NCBI RefSeq assembly: GCF_001194135.2 | Contig: NC_068981.1 | Coordinates: forward strand, 134,828,567 to 134,892,566 | From: Octopus bimaculoides | Lineage: Eukaryota | DNA: 64,000 bases | Direction of reading: 5' to 3' | Part shown: positions 25,199 to 38,864 of the stretch, in pieces | Layout of the letters: every line of letters starts with the position of its first letter | How positions within the stretch are numbered: the first letter of the stretch is position 1 | Program-made: the position numbers and the translations under genes | Notes under the pieces: model-generated | Seen by the model: only the letters and a program-made list of their open reading frames with translations | Told to the model about the DNA's origin: nothing | The model's database searches: none

Positions 25199-26887
25199 TT
25201 AATGAAGGCTGAACATTGTCTTATTCCAGTAATATGTAATACCCTGTTTAATGCTACATTATGTAATGCTGATTAGCTAAAGCATGCTTAATTCAATACG
25301 ACAATAATACGTTATGATAATAAGTAGCAAAACTTGTGAAAATTTCACATTATATAAATTTTCTTACTCTTAGTAGGATGCATAAATTTATGTATCTCCA
25401 TAGCATTCTTTCATTTGGAAGAATCATTACCACGTCTTTCTGCCAGCTTTACATTCAAATGTCACTGAGGTTGACTTTGCCTTTTGTCCTTTCAGGGTCT
25501 ATAAAACAAATACCAGTTGAGCACTTGAGTTGCTATGATTATCTAGCTCTTTCTCTTCAAAATTTCAGGCCTTGTGCCTCTAGTAGAAAGAATTATGTTA
25601 ATTATTTTTATGATACTGAGCTGGATAACAGATTACGGTTAAGGGGATAAAAAAAATCAACTTGTTCATTCAGATGTTGCACTCTAGGAACACAAAATCA
25701 TTTCTGAAACCTTCTTTGAATATTTCTCATAATATTACACAACAGTTATACATTCATGTTTTCTTATCATATTTGGTTCCTCTCTCAATATTCTCCCCAC
25801 TGTTCATTGTTCATATTATTTTATCACCCTTCTTTATATACAATCATCTCACTGTTTCCCATCCATGTTCTTTCTGGGTTTCTCTTGGCATTCTCTTTGA
25901 CACCTTAACCCATATATATCTCTTTAACATCTTAACCCTGGTCGTGTTTTCGTAATGCAAAACCTGCTCCTACTTGTTTGGACATGAACTCGCTGGGAAG
26001 CAACTGACTAAGCATACAAAATGTTCAGTAGGTAGTCGACACCTGTAGCTAACAGTTGCATACTATTCTCTTCCAGATTGTGAAAGCTTACCATAACTTT
26101 TTATCTAAATACAGTGAAATTTTAAGACCTCATTTTTTTATGGGCATATTTGTGTTAAAGGTATCTTGCACAATGGTATTCATTCATGCAAACTCTTCTT
26201 ATTTGTTGGTTTTGTCTTAAACTTTCTCTTGTTTCATATCTTTGTTCTCTTTTCCTTTAGCTGTATCATCTCATTAAAACAACACTGTAGGCCCAAGATA
26301 CAGTATATATATGTTTATGGTTGAGCTGACCATCCTGAAAAGGTATCCTCTAGGACAAGCATCAAGCAGATATTATTAACTTGAGCATGATCCATGTGTA
26401 TATGAATCCAAGGATCTAACTCTTTGGGTTACAAATGAAGCCTGTTTTTTCGAAAGTTTTTCATCTCTGCACATTTAGCACATTTATGGATGTAGTCCTT
26501 GACATCAATGAATAACCAAGGCTATCATGCTTCAAGCTTAAGGCAGTTGCATGTAGCAGCCACATGAAAAGCATGCACCAATATTAACATACCAATGACA
26601 TCTTTACAACATATATTCATAGTAACAGTTTCTTACCTTGATATTATACTAATACCTTTACAAGGAGTTTATATTATTTCCTGATGTTAACATTATGTTT
26701 ACTATCTCATTAATACTTTCTCTACCCAACACTCTCTTCTGAGACCCTGAAATCAGTTTAAAACATTTTCAACTTTACTCTAGATATGCCAGTCACCTTA
26801 TGAGTGTTGCTTATCACAAGTCAGGATGCACCTCTGAAATGAGAATTTAAAACAACCTCACATATATGCAGCAAACACTCTACCTAC

Positions 26888-26925
<38 letters not shown>

Positions 26926-28528
26926 CTCTCTCTCTCTCTCTCTNNNNNNNNNNNNNNNNNNNNNNNNNNNNNNNNNNNNNNNNNNNNNNNNNNNNNNNNN
27001 NNNNNNNNNNNNNNNNNNNNNNNNNNNNNNNNNNNNNNNNNNNNNNNNNNNNNNNNNNNNNNNNNNNNNNNNNNNNNNNNNNNNNNNNNNNNNNNNNNNN
27101 NNNNNNNNNNNNNNNNNNNNNNNNNNNNNNNNNNNNNNNNNNNNNNNNNNNNNNNNNNNNNNNNNNNNNNNNNNNNNNNNNNNNNNNNNNNNNNNNNNNN
27201 NNNNNNNNNNNNNNNNNNNNNNNNNNNNNNNNNNNNNNNNNNNNNNNNNNNNNNNNNNNNNNNNNNNNNNNNNNNNNNNNNNNNNNNNNNNNNNNNNNNN
27301 NNNNNNNNNNNNNNNNNNNNNNNNNNNNNNNNNNNNNNNNNNNNNNNNNNNNNNNNNNNNNNNNNNNNNNNNNNNNNNNNNNNNNNNNNNNNNNNNNNNN
27401 NNNNNNNNNNNNNNNNNNNNNNNNNNNNNNNNNNNNNNNNNNNNNNNNNNNNNNNNNNNNNNNNNNNNNNNNNNNNNNNNNNNNNNNNNNNNNNNNNNNN
27501 NNNNNNNNNNNNNNNNNNNNNNNNNNNNNNNNNNNNNNNNNNNNNNNNNNNNNNNNNNNNNNNNNNNNNNNNNNNNNNNNNNNNNNNNTATATATATATA
27601 TATATATATATATGAATCATAGTAAATTATAAATATTTGATTGAAAGAAAGCATGAGTGAGTGAGTGAGAGAAAAAAGAAATGCAATTGTTTAAGTAACA
27701 GAATTAGAGCTAAAGATTTTGGGCCAAAATTTCAGTAGAAAGTTATGTTTATATATATTCATGGCATTATGCATGCCATCCAAAAGTCATATAGGGCTGC
27801 AAGTTGCCCATTTCTAATTATTTCTACCATGTTTTCACATAACTACACAATTTTTATGAATGTTCTTGCATAATAAGCATGAATTTCTGTTTTCTAATTT
27901 ATTTGACTTTCTTTATACAAGTTTACTTTCTTTCTCAAATTCAATTCACAGCATAGTGCACTTACTCTTGATTTCGATTGTCCATCTTTCAGCTGTAAAA
28001 TCATTGCTGTTTTCTCTTTTTAAAAAATTGGATTAATACACTAATAAATCTAACTAGTAGTAATTGTGGAAATTCCACAGTTGCTTTGAAAACTATAAGA
28101 TTGTTGAATGTTTATAGACACCCATGAAACATGGATTTTTGAGATGATGGATTTTTTGAGCATTGGATTTTTGAGATGATGTAAATCCTCATGTAGTACT
28201 GAAGGTCCTGACCGTGGAAAGAGCATCTTTGAAAACTATACTCTTTGTTATACATTTCTCATCTGTTCTGTTTAGAGAGTTATCTTATCTTTAATTCAGG
28301 AAGTGAATGTTCTCTTGAAAGAGCAACACACAGCTGTCCATGAGGAAATACTGGTTCATTTCTTTTCACCTTTCCTTTGTGATATTGGTATTGAAAATAT
28401 TGAAAATGTGTTGAAAGAATAATATATATAGCAAATACTTTAAGAAATCTTAACCATAGAATGAATCAAAGGTTTAATCTATGTATAGTATTATTCTGTA
28501 ATGGTCCAACTACATTGATGGTTTCACT

Positions 28529-28748
28529 AAGGTGGTGAGCTGGCAGAAACATTAACATGCTGGGTGAAATGCTTAGTGGTATTTTGTCTGTCTTTACGTT
28601 CTGAGTTCAAATTTCACCGAGGTCAACTTTGCCTTTCATCCTTTCAGGGTTGTTAAATTAAGTACCAGTTGCATACTGGGGTTGATCTAATTGACTGGCC
28701 CTCCTCTCCAAAAATTTCAGGTCTTGTGCCTAAAATAGAAAAGACTAT
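28529..28748 (+). mobile_element. SINE family B, full length
   Basis: Same consensus. Other copies at about 7670-7875, 11420-11585(-), 11985-12200(-), 13568-13770(-), 25400-25590, 35719-35936, 63820-64000. Confidence 0.8.
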
Positions 28749-29468
28749 TTTCATATCAAATACAATTGAATATGGAGGAGCTTTGACCTACAGTACCAGT
28801 TAATAAAGTATACTAGCTGCTCCACTAAACACTGGATTCTTTAAAAAGAATGAAGATATGAAGGGTGCAATTATGATGGCAGTCAAATGTTATGCTTGCT
28901 CAAAGTGAACACTAAAGTGAAGAGGAGAAATGTGATATATTTTATTTTTCTGTTAGCTGTGGACTGAGTCAGGGAAAGATACAAAATTTGTTGAAAAAAG
29001 CCACATTTAGCAGAACTTAAATAGACAATTCTTTGCTGATGATCTTGCTGAGGGACTCACTGGAACAAATTTAGAGAAATACAAGCTTGCCAGGAACCAT
29101 TAGAAATTACCTTATTTGATGGCGCAGATAAACGGTTTGGTGGGGGGGGGGGGGGGGGGGGTTCAAAAAAATGTGTCAGAAAATCACCCTGATTCCTTTA
29201 TGTGAAATTAGGCCTCCCATAATCTAATTTCATCCCTGACACTTGCTACTATTGGCTAATTTTAATCCATAACTTAATTTCTTAATTATGATATTTATTA
29301 TTATTATTATTGTTGTTTTACTTCTCAGAGCGCTCAGTCTTGTTTGCTCTGGTTGATTCTATGAGAGCAGACAGCAGCCTGTTGTCAGACGTCTCACAGG
29401 GTCTCTTTTCACAAATTATAAGCTTTGGTATTTGGATGTTAATTATCATGGAAGACATTCAACGTTGA

Positions 29469-29528
<60 letters not shown>

Positions 29529-32203
29529 TATTATTATTATTATTATTTCATATACACACAATGAATTAGACTGTTGGAAAAGAAAATTCCTAACATTGGG
29601 TTACAACAAGCACCCTTAGATGCCAAGAACCTTCCTAAGTATCTTAGTTATCCCTAGTAGTGCTGTTTTCTGGAGCTGCACTAAAAACATTTTTCATGAA
29701 TATGTGCTGCTGACCCTGGGGTGCATCTAATATGCCCATATGTTTTTTATACTATTAAATGTAGTTATGGGTTGATGAAGAAGTGAGATGTCAAGGAAGT
29801 GCATTTCTCTTGAGATTGGTGTGGATAGAGTCAAAGTGGCTAGCAGTGACATCAAAAGCAGGCTACAAAAATAAAAGTGCTTTTAAGTGACTATAGAGGA
29901 AGTAATCAGCAAGGGTAATTAATAAGAAAATGAAACTGTATTTATTTGAGAAGGGTGAATGAAAATGTATTTATTAAGAAGGGTGAATCCTCAGAGATCA
30001 AAAGAACAAGAAGTGGGTGAAAATAAAATGTCAAAAACAGCAGTGAACAAGGCTTGAAGAGATGGGAAGAGGCCTGAAATTTAGATCATCGTAAATTATC
30101 TGTTATATTGCTATAACTCTCCTCTGTGTAAGTTAAACCTGTCATTAAGTAATATCAATTAGTGTTTACAGTACCAATTGCCATAACAGGGTGCAAACCT
30201 TCAAAAGTTACTTCAATAAGTATTAATCTGGGTTGGTAGGTTGGCAGAACTGCTAAAGGAGCCAGGTAAGATGTTTTGTGATATCTATTCCCGCTCTTTA
30301 TGTTCTGACAGCAATGCTTGCAGTGACACTGGTACTCAGATGTATTAGTCTGAACCCAAACCAAGGGCCTTTTCCTACGATAAATATCAGCTGTATGATA
30401 AGGGGACACTTGTATACATGTACAAGTGCTGGTCTTCTTCAAAATGTCTTACATAAAACTGCACATATATGTGCAAATGTACAGTCAACTTTCACTGAGA
30501 GAGGTCACTAATATAATACACTAAATACCAGAAATATATAGAGGTCAGCAATTTCAAAAGACTCCTCCAGTTTAATTATAAATTTACTTTGTACTTAAGG
30601 CCAAAAAATTAGGCCCACCTTTTCTCTTTTAAATTAGTTTTAAGAATCACTTAAATACATCCTTTTGGTGTACTCACTATATCATAACACTTCTAGACTC
30701 CAATTTTCTCACAATATATGCTATGTGAGAATTCATTGCAAGGGTACCAAATTATAGTATTGTTACAGTTGTGATAGAATGTATGTATAGTGTCAATATA
30801 TTCTGTAACAGATGAGTTACAAGCATATCAAACTGCAAGTTCTTAAACCAAATAGTCGTACAAAGTGAACGCCTAATATTATTGGTATGAGACATTTCGA
30901 CGCAGCCATTTTGGCAACACCTATTTGGTAGTGTTGTTTCGACAATTGACTTATTTGACCTCAGACATTTCAATGTTTCTCTTGTCCTCTCTCTCTCTCT
31001 CTCTCTACCTATCTACCTACCTACCTACCTATCTATCAAACGAGTACCAGAACATACTATCATACTGGTTGAATATCCAGTCAGCCATGTCAAATCATCA
31101 GCATCCACGTAGTTGTACCCGTTCGTCTTATTCCCTGATATTGTTGCTGTAATCACACCATTTCATATTTTCAATTTATTAATTACTATAGTTTCTGTAT
31201 TATTATGAAAGGGTCCTCTATAGTGTTTTTTCCTTAAATTAAAAAAACAAATTATTTCGGCACATATTCCAGTTTCTCCAGTACATTCTGATATAAGTGT
31301 TATGTAAATAAAACTTTGAAGTAAACCTTAGTGAAACTAGAGTAGAATATATGTAATAATTACCAAATATTTAGCAACTCTTTCTCACTCTACTCTGACT
31401 TGCATCACAGCTGAGATATTTTCATTTGTAAAATGGCTTTTTTTTTTCCTTCAAAAATGGAAAATAACATGTCACTACAAAAAGGCAGTCACATAAATTA
31501 GTCATACAGCAATGAAGGCATTCAAAGAACTAGGCATGAATCATATATTCTACTCTACAAATAGCTGTTGGCATTAGAGACAATCATCATTATTTAATAC
31601 CCACTTTTCCAAGCTTGCATGGATCAGATGGAATTTGTTGAGGTTGATTTTCTATGGTCAGATGCCCTTCCTGTTGCCAACGCTCACCTGTCTCCAAGCA
31701 AGGTAATATTTCCCCATAGCCTGACATGTTTTCGAGGAAGATTGGAAATAAGCAACATTGTTTTTACAGCCATAGTGTCAAGACAAAGGTACACTCAAAC
31801 ATGCCCCCCCCCACACACACACACACAATGAGCTTATTTCAGTTTCCATCTACCAAATCCACTCCCAAGGTTTAGGTCAGCTTGGGGTTGTAATAGAAGA
31901 CACGTGACCAAAGTGCCATGCAGAGGGACTGAACCCGCAACCACTTGATTTGAGAGCAAGCTTCTTAACCACAGTGCCATGCCTACACTTCACAGCCAAG
32001 CTTAATAACAGACAAAATCTGGTATATAGATATAAACTATGAAACAAATCTATTAAAACTACTATAATACAAATTCAATTAGTCAATAGATCAGCAATTA
32101 ATCAACCTTGTTATATATTTCTTAAATTACTTCAAATACTTAACAAAAACTCAGTATGTTTTTATCTACTTGGTGTCTGACTACGGAATGCTTTCTATTT
32201 CAG

Positions 32204-32410
32204 CGCTATTAGAAACCAAGGGAAAAGTTATATTGGATCCACTTTTGAGGACTGGTCGTCCATTCGGAGGGCTCATAAATGACATAAAGCGCCGTTATCC
32301 ATATTACCGAAGTGATATAACAGATTCATTGAATTTACAATGTCTAGCCGCCTTTGTTTTTATATTCTTTGCATGTTTGTCACCATGTATTGCCTTTGGG
32401 GGGTTGTTAG
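32204..32410 (+). CDS. SLC4A2: SLC4 exon: [22 protein letters not shown]...[10 protein letters not shown] (TM1 region)
   Basis: Acceptor tttcAG at 32202-03, donor G|GTAAGT at 32411. Phase 1-1. Confidence 0.95.
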
Positions 32411-32636
32411 GTAAGTCTCACTTCTTTATATCTTTTTATGTCCTTGCATTTGTCAACATATTATGTCATAAACAATAATTAGTTTTTGGACAAACAATTC
32501 ACTATTGTTAAATATTTCTGGTTCTTTGGTATACTCTATTTTTTTCTGATATAGAACTTTTATTACAAAAACTGACACCATTATTTTTATTATTATTATG
32601 CTTGGCTACATGTGTGCTCATATATTTATAAGTCTA

Positions 32637-32674
32637 AATAATAATAATAATAATAATAATTATTATTATTATTA

Positions 32675-32736
<62 letters not shown>

Positions 32737-32765
32737 CACTATTATTATTATTATTATTATTATTA
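32637..32765. repeat. (AAT)n/(ATT)n microsatellite; representative of many (TA)n, (CA)n, (CT)n, (CAT)n and (ATT)n tracts in the window
   Basis: Directly visible. These tracts generate most of the low-complexity ORFs in the track. Confidence 0.95.
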
Positions 32766-32944
32766 AAACAGCAACTTTGACTTTCATCATTAGTATGCTG
32801 GACAAAATGCCTAGTGGCATTTCTTCCAACTTTACATTCTGAGTTCATATTCCACTGAGTCAATTTAATTAACTAAACTCCACCACCACCACCACCACAC
32901 ACACACCCTCTAAAATTTCAGCCCATGTGCCTATAGTAGAAAGA

Positions 32945-32991
<47 letters not shown>

Positions 32992-33735
32992 ACAATCCAG
33001 ATGTTTTCATAGCAGGCATCTTGATTCATTTATACTAATTTATTATTATTTTTAACATTTACTATTGAAATTAACTCAACAAAATTATATTTATATGCAT
33101 AATTATTTCCTGTTAGCTTTTTAATATTTCCTTCATTAAATATGTTTTTGGCACTAAATGTATCAGTTGTTTTGCATGCAAATGGTATCTTTGAACTATG
33201 CCATTTCTAATCAAATTATGTTTATACAACAAATGTATATGTATCTACTAATTCTTTCATCACTTCTCTGGCAAGTACAAAAAAGGCTTTGCTGATGAAG
33301 TCTGAACAAACCCGATCTACTCTTGGAGTTGTTTCCTGTACTTGTCAGAAAAAGAAAAATAACATCAATCATTGACTAATATTTTTTTCTTACCATTATT
33401 ATTTATAGCTCAATTTTTAATGCTTATTGCATAAATTCTTTAACAACTTATGGAATTATATTTACATTTCATTACATCTATTTGCTACCATTGTCTTTTA
33501 TTCTCCATAAGATAACCTGTAAATTAGTAAATATGTAATAAAAATATGTACCATATTTTAATGTGTATAAGGAATCCTTTTTTGTCAAAAATTAGGTTAA
33601 AAAAATATGGGAGTTTCTTATACATGGATAGTATTATAATGTGGGAGAATGTACAAAAAAAAACAACAACAGACGAGGACAGATGGTGTAAACAACAAAA
33701 GGATGTATTAGTTTGACGCTCAGGAATACAGAAAG

Positions 33736-33772
33736 TCTTTAACGTTTCGAGCTACGCTCTTCAACAGAAAAA
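33736..33772 (-). ncRNA. Hammerhead-like motif with variant core (CUGUUGA) in a different repeat (about 33628-33845)
   Basis: UUUUU-CUGUUGA-A-GAGC(GUA)GCUC-GAAA-C-GUU-AAAGA. Same topology as the other motifs but with an A6U substitution. Confidence 0.5.
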
Positions 33773-34408
33773 ATATGGAGAAAACAAGGAGAAAAACACG
33801 GAGAGAAAAAAATTGAATGGTGTTTGGTCAGCGATTGATCAATCCCTTACAAAACCTTTTTTCCAAATTTTAAGCCCCAAAAATGAGGGTTTCCTTATAC
33901 ATGAGGGTTCTTTATATATGTTAAAATACAGTTAATTTACAAGAAGTAATAATGCAGCTCACATTTTCACATTTACATGCTTGTTTCCTTTACACTTCAA
34001 AGGAAGAGGATCAACAGTCCATCCTGAGCCATAGGCGGCTCATAAGACCAGTTTCCTGGATTCTATGGTGCTTGTATTTTCCCCTGGGTGGAATGCTGGT
34101 CTGTTGCAGGATACATATTTTTGCCAGCTGAGTGAACTGAAGCTTTGTGAAATGAAGCGCTTTGCTCAAAATCACATCGCATTGCCCAGTCAGGGACTGA
34201 AACCACAACCTTATAACCATGAGTGCATCACCCTAACCACTAAGCCACACACCTCCACCCTTTGCACTTAAATACCTGATATTCAGGAATCTCAGTACAA
34301 ACTCAAATAAAAATTCTGCTTTTATGCTTCTAAATGTAAATGTATATGTGAAAATATGAGCTGCATTTCTATATACTCATTGCACATCACACATCTTCAT
34401 TCAGTCAT

Positions 34409-34451
<43 letters not shown>

Positions 34452-34523
34452 ATTAATAAAATTATTTTAGATATCAAAGATATTTATCTTAATTGAAATC
34501 ATTCATTCTTTATTAGAGATCTT

Positions 34524-34576
<53 letters not shown>

Positions 34577-34856
34577 TTCTAAATTGCTACAATAATTGCA
34601 ATAATTAATTAGTTTGATATCCTGATGAATATACACTTAAAGATGTCAAAAAGGCGTTACTTAGATTCTATCAATTGTGTCTTTTGTTTCCTGTTCATTG
34701 ATTCAAATATCCTGAGTTCGGTATTAGTTATTGTATTGAATATACACTTAGAGATATCAGAGATTTGAGATTCTAATTTCTATTAATTATGTTTCATTTT
34801 TGCATATGATTTACAAGTTTCTTGATATGAACTTGTGTATTGAAACATATCTTGTT

Positions 34857-35126
34857 GTATCTCTGGTGGGTCATTATACCAATAATAAACACATGCACTG
34901 GTTTTGTTTCACTTATTTATTTTTATTTGTCGATTTGTTCAACCTTTAACTAATTAACTAATTGATTGTCTAATAGCTGATTGATTGAGTGATTGACTGA
35001 ACAATTAATCAAACAATCAATTAGTTAATGTTTAAATGGTTAATCAATTAGCTAATAAAAATAAAGAAGGGAAATAGAAACAGTGTATGTGTGTTTATTA
35101 CTGGCATAATGACCCTCCCAAGATAC
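34857..35126. mobile_element. MITE with about 70-bp imperfect terminal inverted repeats
   Basis: GTATCT..GGGTCATTAT(A/G)CCA(A/G)TAATAAACAC inverted at both ends; a single end of the same family at about 48195-48255. TSD not resolved. Confidence 0.6.
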
Positions 35127-36009
35127 TACAAAATATCAATTGTGTGTTTTTCATTTCCTTACTATTGATTCAAATAATAATTTTTGGTAACATTTAAACA
35201 TGTTATTTGAAAACTTTCTAAGTTATCTTTACTGTTATGTTTTTATTCTCTGCACTTTGCTGTCCTTTCTTTTATTTTTCCTCTTTTTAAATTTAATGAA
35301 TGCTATTATTACATTTTGTTTCTTTTCCTTTGCATACATTTTCTGAAAGAAACAGAATTTCGATGTTGATTTTTTTAAATTTTTTTCTTTGCTGCAATGA
35401 CACTTATAACTCATGATCTATAAATTTATTTTCCAAAACACTTGAAAGTATTCTCCTCACATACATATTTACTTAATTAGTTATTTGTAACTATCCAAAG
35501 GGTTTTTTTAACTCACTATTTGCACTCTTATTTATAGCTTTACCTACTTCAAGTTTCACTTTTTAAAACAAATTATTTCATGCCCCTCAAATTTTCTAAA
35601 CTCTAATGTCATAATTAATATTTACCTCAAAGTATTTTTAACAGTATTCGTTTTTAAGTTTAATGTGTTATGCCATGCATTAATGTCAAAACAGTGATGC
35701 AAACTTTATAGTTGATTCAAGGCGGCGAGCTGGCAGAAACATTAGCATGCTAGGCGAAATGCTCAGCAGTATTTCATTTGTCTTTATGTTCTGAGTTCGA
35801 ATTCCACCAAGATCAACTTTGCCTTTCATCCTTTCAGGGTCAATAAATTAAATACCAGTTGCATACTGGGGTCAATCTAATTGACTGGCCCCCTCCCAAA
35901 AATTTCGGGCCTTGTACCTAGAGTAGAAAGGAATATTTACAGTGGATTTAATGATTCCAAATTAGCTCACAAAACAGTAAGCTAAATACCAACTTTAGAA
36001 ACTCAGAAG

Positions 36010-36375
36010 TTCTGTGTGGTAAGAAGCTTGCTTCTCAACCACATGGTTCCGGGTTCAGTACCACTGCATGGCACCTTGGACAATTGTCTTCTACTATAGT
36101 CTCAGGCCGACCAAAGCCTTGTGAGTGGATTTGTTAAGCAGAAACTGAAAGAAGCCCATCGTATATATGTGTGTGTGTCTGTGCTTGTTCCCCCCATCAT
36201 TGCTTGACAACCGATGTCGGTATTTATACGTCCCCATAACTTAGCAGTTCAGCAAATGAGACCAATAGATAAGTACTAAGCTTACAAAGAATAAGTCCTG
36301 GGGTCGATTTGTTCTTCAAAAGGCAGTGCTCCAGCATGGCTGCAGTCAAATGACTGAAACAAGTAAATGAATAAA
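36010..36375 (+). mobile_element. SINE family A
   Basis: Colinear with other copies; directly follows a family B copy. Confidence 0.8.
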
Positions 36376-37067
36376 TGAATCCAGACAGCTTTTGAAAGAA
36401 TTTAAAAGACTAAGATTCTTTTTCTAATATTTTAGCAATAGAATTAAGGATAATTAAGCATAAAACTTGTTTTAAAAGAAAAAAGCTGACAGGTCACATT
36501 TGTAAGCCAATGTGATCCTTTTCACTCATAGTTTTCCATCAGTAGGTTTGTCTCCTTTTTATAACAATTAAGCATGTGGCCAAGTGGTTAGGATATTGAC
36601 CTCATAACCATAAGGTTGTCGATTCACTTCCTGGATTGAGTGGCACATTGTGCCCTTGAGCAAGGCACTTCATTTCACATTACTTCAGTTTACTCAGTTG
36701 AAAAATTAGTACCAGCTTAATGTTGGTGCTTTCTCTCCCACCAGCTATCACATCCTCAACATTTCACTGAGTTCAGGATGGGAAGACCAAGGGAGCATCT
36801 GTGTCTGCTCACAACTACACAAGACCTTAAAACATTAAAGAAAGCATGGTGCTTATTACTAATTTCCTTGTGAATGATGACTATGCATGCCTTGCATACT
36901 TTCTGTAACAATTAACAAGAACTCTGTTATTCTAGTCCTTTTGATGACATCTTGTACAACTTAATTCCTTTCATTAGTAGTACTGTTTGCTCTGGAACTC
37001 TAAATATTCTTATCAAACATCAAAACATGATATCTTTGGAAATATATATCTATATAGCTATCTAATT

Positions 37068-37449
37068 GTGGAGGTGCAATGGCCCAGTGGTTAGGGCTGC
37101 GGACTCGCGGTCATAGGATCGCGGCTTCGATTCCCAGACTGGGCATTGTGAGTGTTTATTGAGCGAAAACACCTAAAGCTCCACAAGGCTCCGGCAGGGG
37201 ATGGTGACGAACCCTGCTGTACTCTTTCACCACAACTTTCTCTCACTCTTACTTCCTGTTTCTGTTGTGCCTGTAATTCAAAGGGTCAGCCTTGTCACAC
37301 TGTGTCACGCTGAATATCCCCGAGAACTACCTTAAGGGTACACATGTCTGTGGAGTGCTCAGCCACTTGCACGTTAATTTCACGAGCAGGCTGTTCAGTT
37401 GATCGGATCAACTGGAACCCTCAACGTCGTAAGCGACAGAGTGCCAACA
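37068..37449 (+). mobile_element. tRNA-derived SINE family C (my label), full length with TSD
   Basis: A box TGGCCCAGTGG, B-box-like GCTTCGATTCC; 12-bp TSD AGCTATCTAATT at 37056-67 and 37450-61. Confidence 0.85.
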
Positions 37450-37874
37450 AGCTATCTAATTACTTTCCTGACAGTTAGAATGCCAATTGGTTGATGAAAT
37501 TTCTCTTTTATAAAAAAATTTGTTGCTTGTCTGACTTGCTAATCTGAGGATGTTACGTATGTTTGAATTCGTATGGCTTTTTCTTCTAATTTTGTTCTGG
37601 TTGACATTAATGTCTAACCTTGTCATGTCACTAAAACAAATGCTAGTTACAAATCAATGCTCTCTTCTTTTTTTCTCAGTACCACAGTCATGAAAACTTG
37701 TAAAAGAGACACCTACTATCTCCAGCTGGTAGCATTTAGCCTCCTGCACTGATATTTCTGTTTAAGGATTGTCAGTCGGGATTAATTTCCAAGGTTCTGT
37801 TGCTCTGTCATTATCTCCTCTAAGGTCTCACTCAGAAACATAAGTCATGTTTGTTAATTTTTTTCCTGTTTCAG

Positions 37875-38023
37875 CGGAAAAAACCAATGGACTTATGGGG
37901 GTAACAGAAACTGTACTGAGTACGTCGCTGTGTGGACTTATATTTGGCCTGTTCAGTGGACAGCCCCTTATGATCCTAGGAGCCACAGGGCCTGTTCTAG
38001 TATATGAGCAGTCTTTATACAAG
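37875..38023 (+). CDS. SLC4A2: SLC4 exon: EKTNGLMGVTET...FSGQPLMILGATGPVLVYEQSLYK
   Basis: Acceptor tttcAG at 37873-74, donor AAG|GTAAAC at 38024. Phase 1-0. Confidence 0.95.
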
Positions 38024-38864
38024 GTAAACTACTTTCAAAATATTTTATTATTTCTGTTTAGTATTCTTACCATTTTTTCTGTAAATATTTGTTTCTGTTT
38101 TTTGTGCAGGCATGGCTGTGTGGTAAGACATTTGCTTCCCAACTACATGGTTTTGGGTTCAGTTCCACTGCATGTTACCTTGGGCAAGTGTTTTCTACTA
38201 TAGCCCTAGGCCAACCAAAGCCTTGTGAGTGGATTTGGGAGACAGACTGAAAGAAGCCAATCATGTGTGTGTATGCCTGTGTCTATATGTATTTATATAT
38301 ATACACACATGGCAAGCTTCTGTACAGTTTTTGTCTACTAGTTCTACTTGCAAGATATTGTTTAACCCAAGGCTATAGTACTGTGCTTATCAAAGTGGGT
38401 AGGATTACCACCTGGGGTGGGAGAAACAGTGGAAAATTCTATATAGCTACTGGGGACAAATAAAGGCAGTTAGGGATGACATATATACCTCCTAGTTGCC
38501 CTAGTTTTCAAAAATATTTTAAATTTCATTGTGTGTGCAAATCATCTGGTAATATTAGAGGTTGAAATTTTGTTTCAACATTCCATTATCATATTGATGA
38601 GTGCTCTTAATGGAATCAACCAGTCAGCAACAGTTTTTTTCTTTCGTTTTGTTTGTTTGTGGTGTATTTAATTTGGCTGAATCTTAGTAAGGCAGCACTG
38701 AGAGAGCATCAGTAAATGAAAGAGGGTGATAGTTAAAAAAAGGTTATGACTGTGTGGTTAAGAAGTCCATTTTATAGCCATGTGTTAATTAAAGCAATTA
38801 ATTAATGATGATCAGTTACTAATTTTAATGAAACACAAGCAAAACATTCTGGGCACCCTAAGCG

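Noticed and set aside
26260-26300. Strong-looking acceptor sites at about 26260 and 19915 as extra exons
   Set aside because: In the required phase they reach stop codons within a few codons and show no SLC4 homology.
29790-30450. Purine-rich, higher-complexity stretch that could be an old LINE coding remnant
   Set aside because: No recognisable motif in any frame by eye; would need a translated HMM search.
34621-34660. CTGATGA followed by a possible ATAT/ATGT helix and CAAAAA
   Set aside because: GAAA is absent and helices I and III cannot be assigned. At best a heavily decayed motif. CTGATGA at about 29036, 33298 and 57996 likewise lack a downstream helix II and GAAA.
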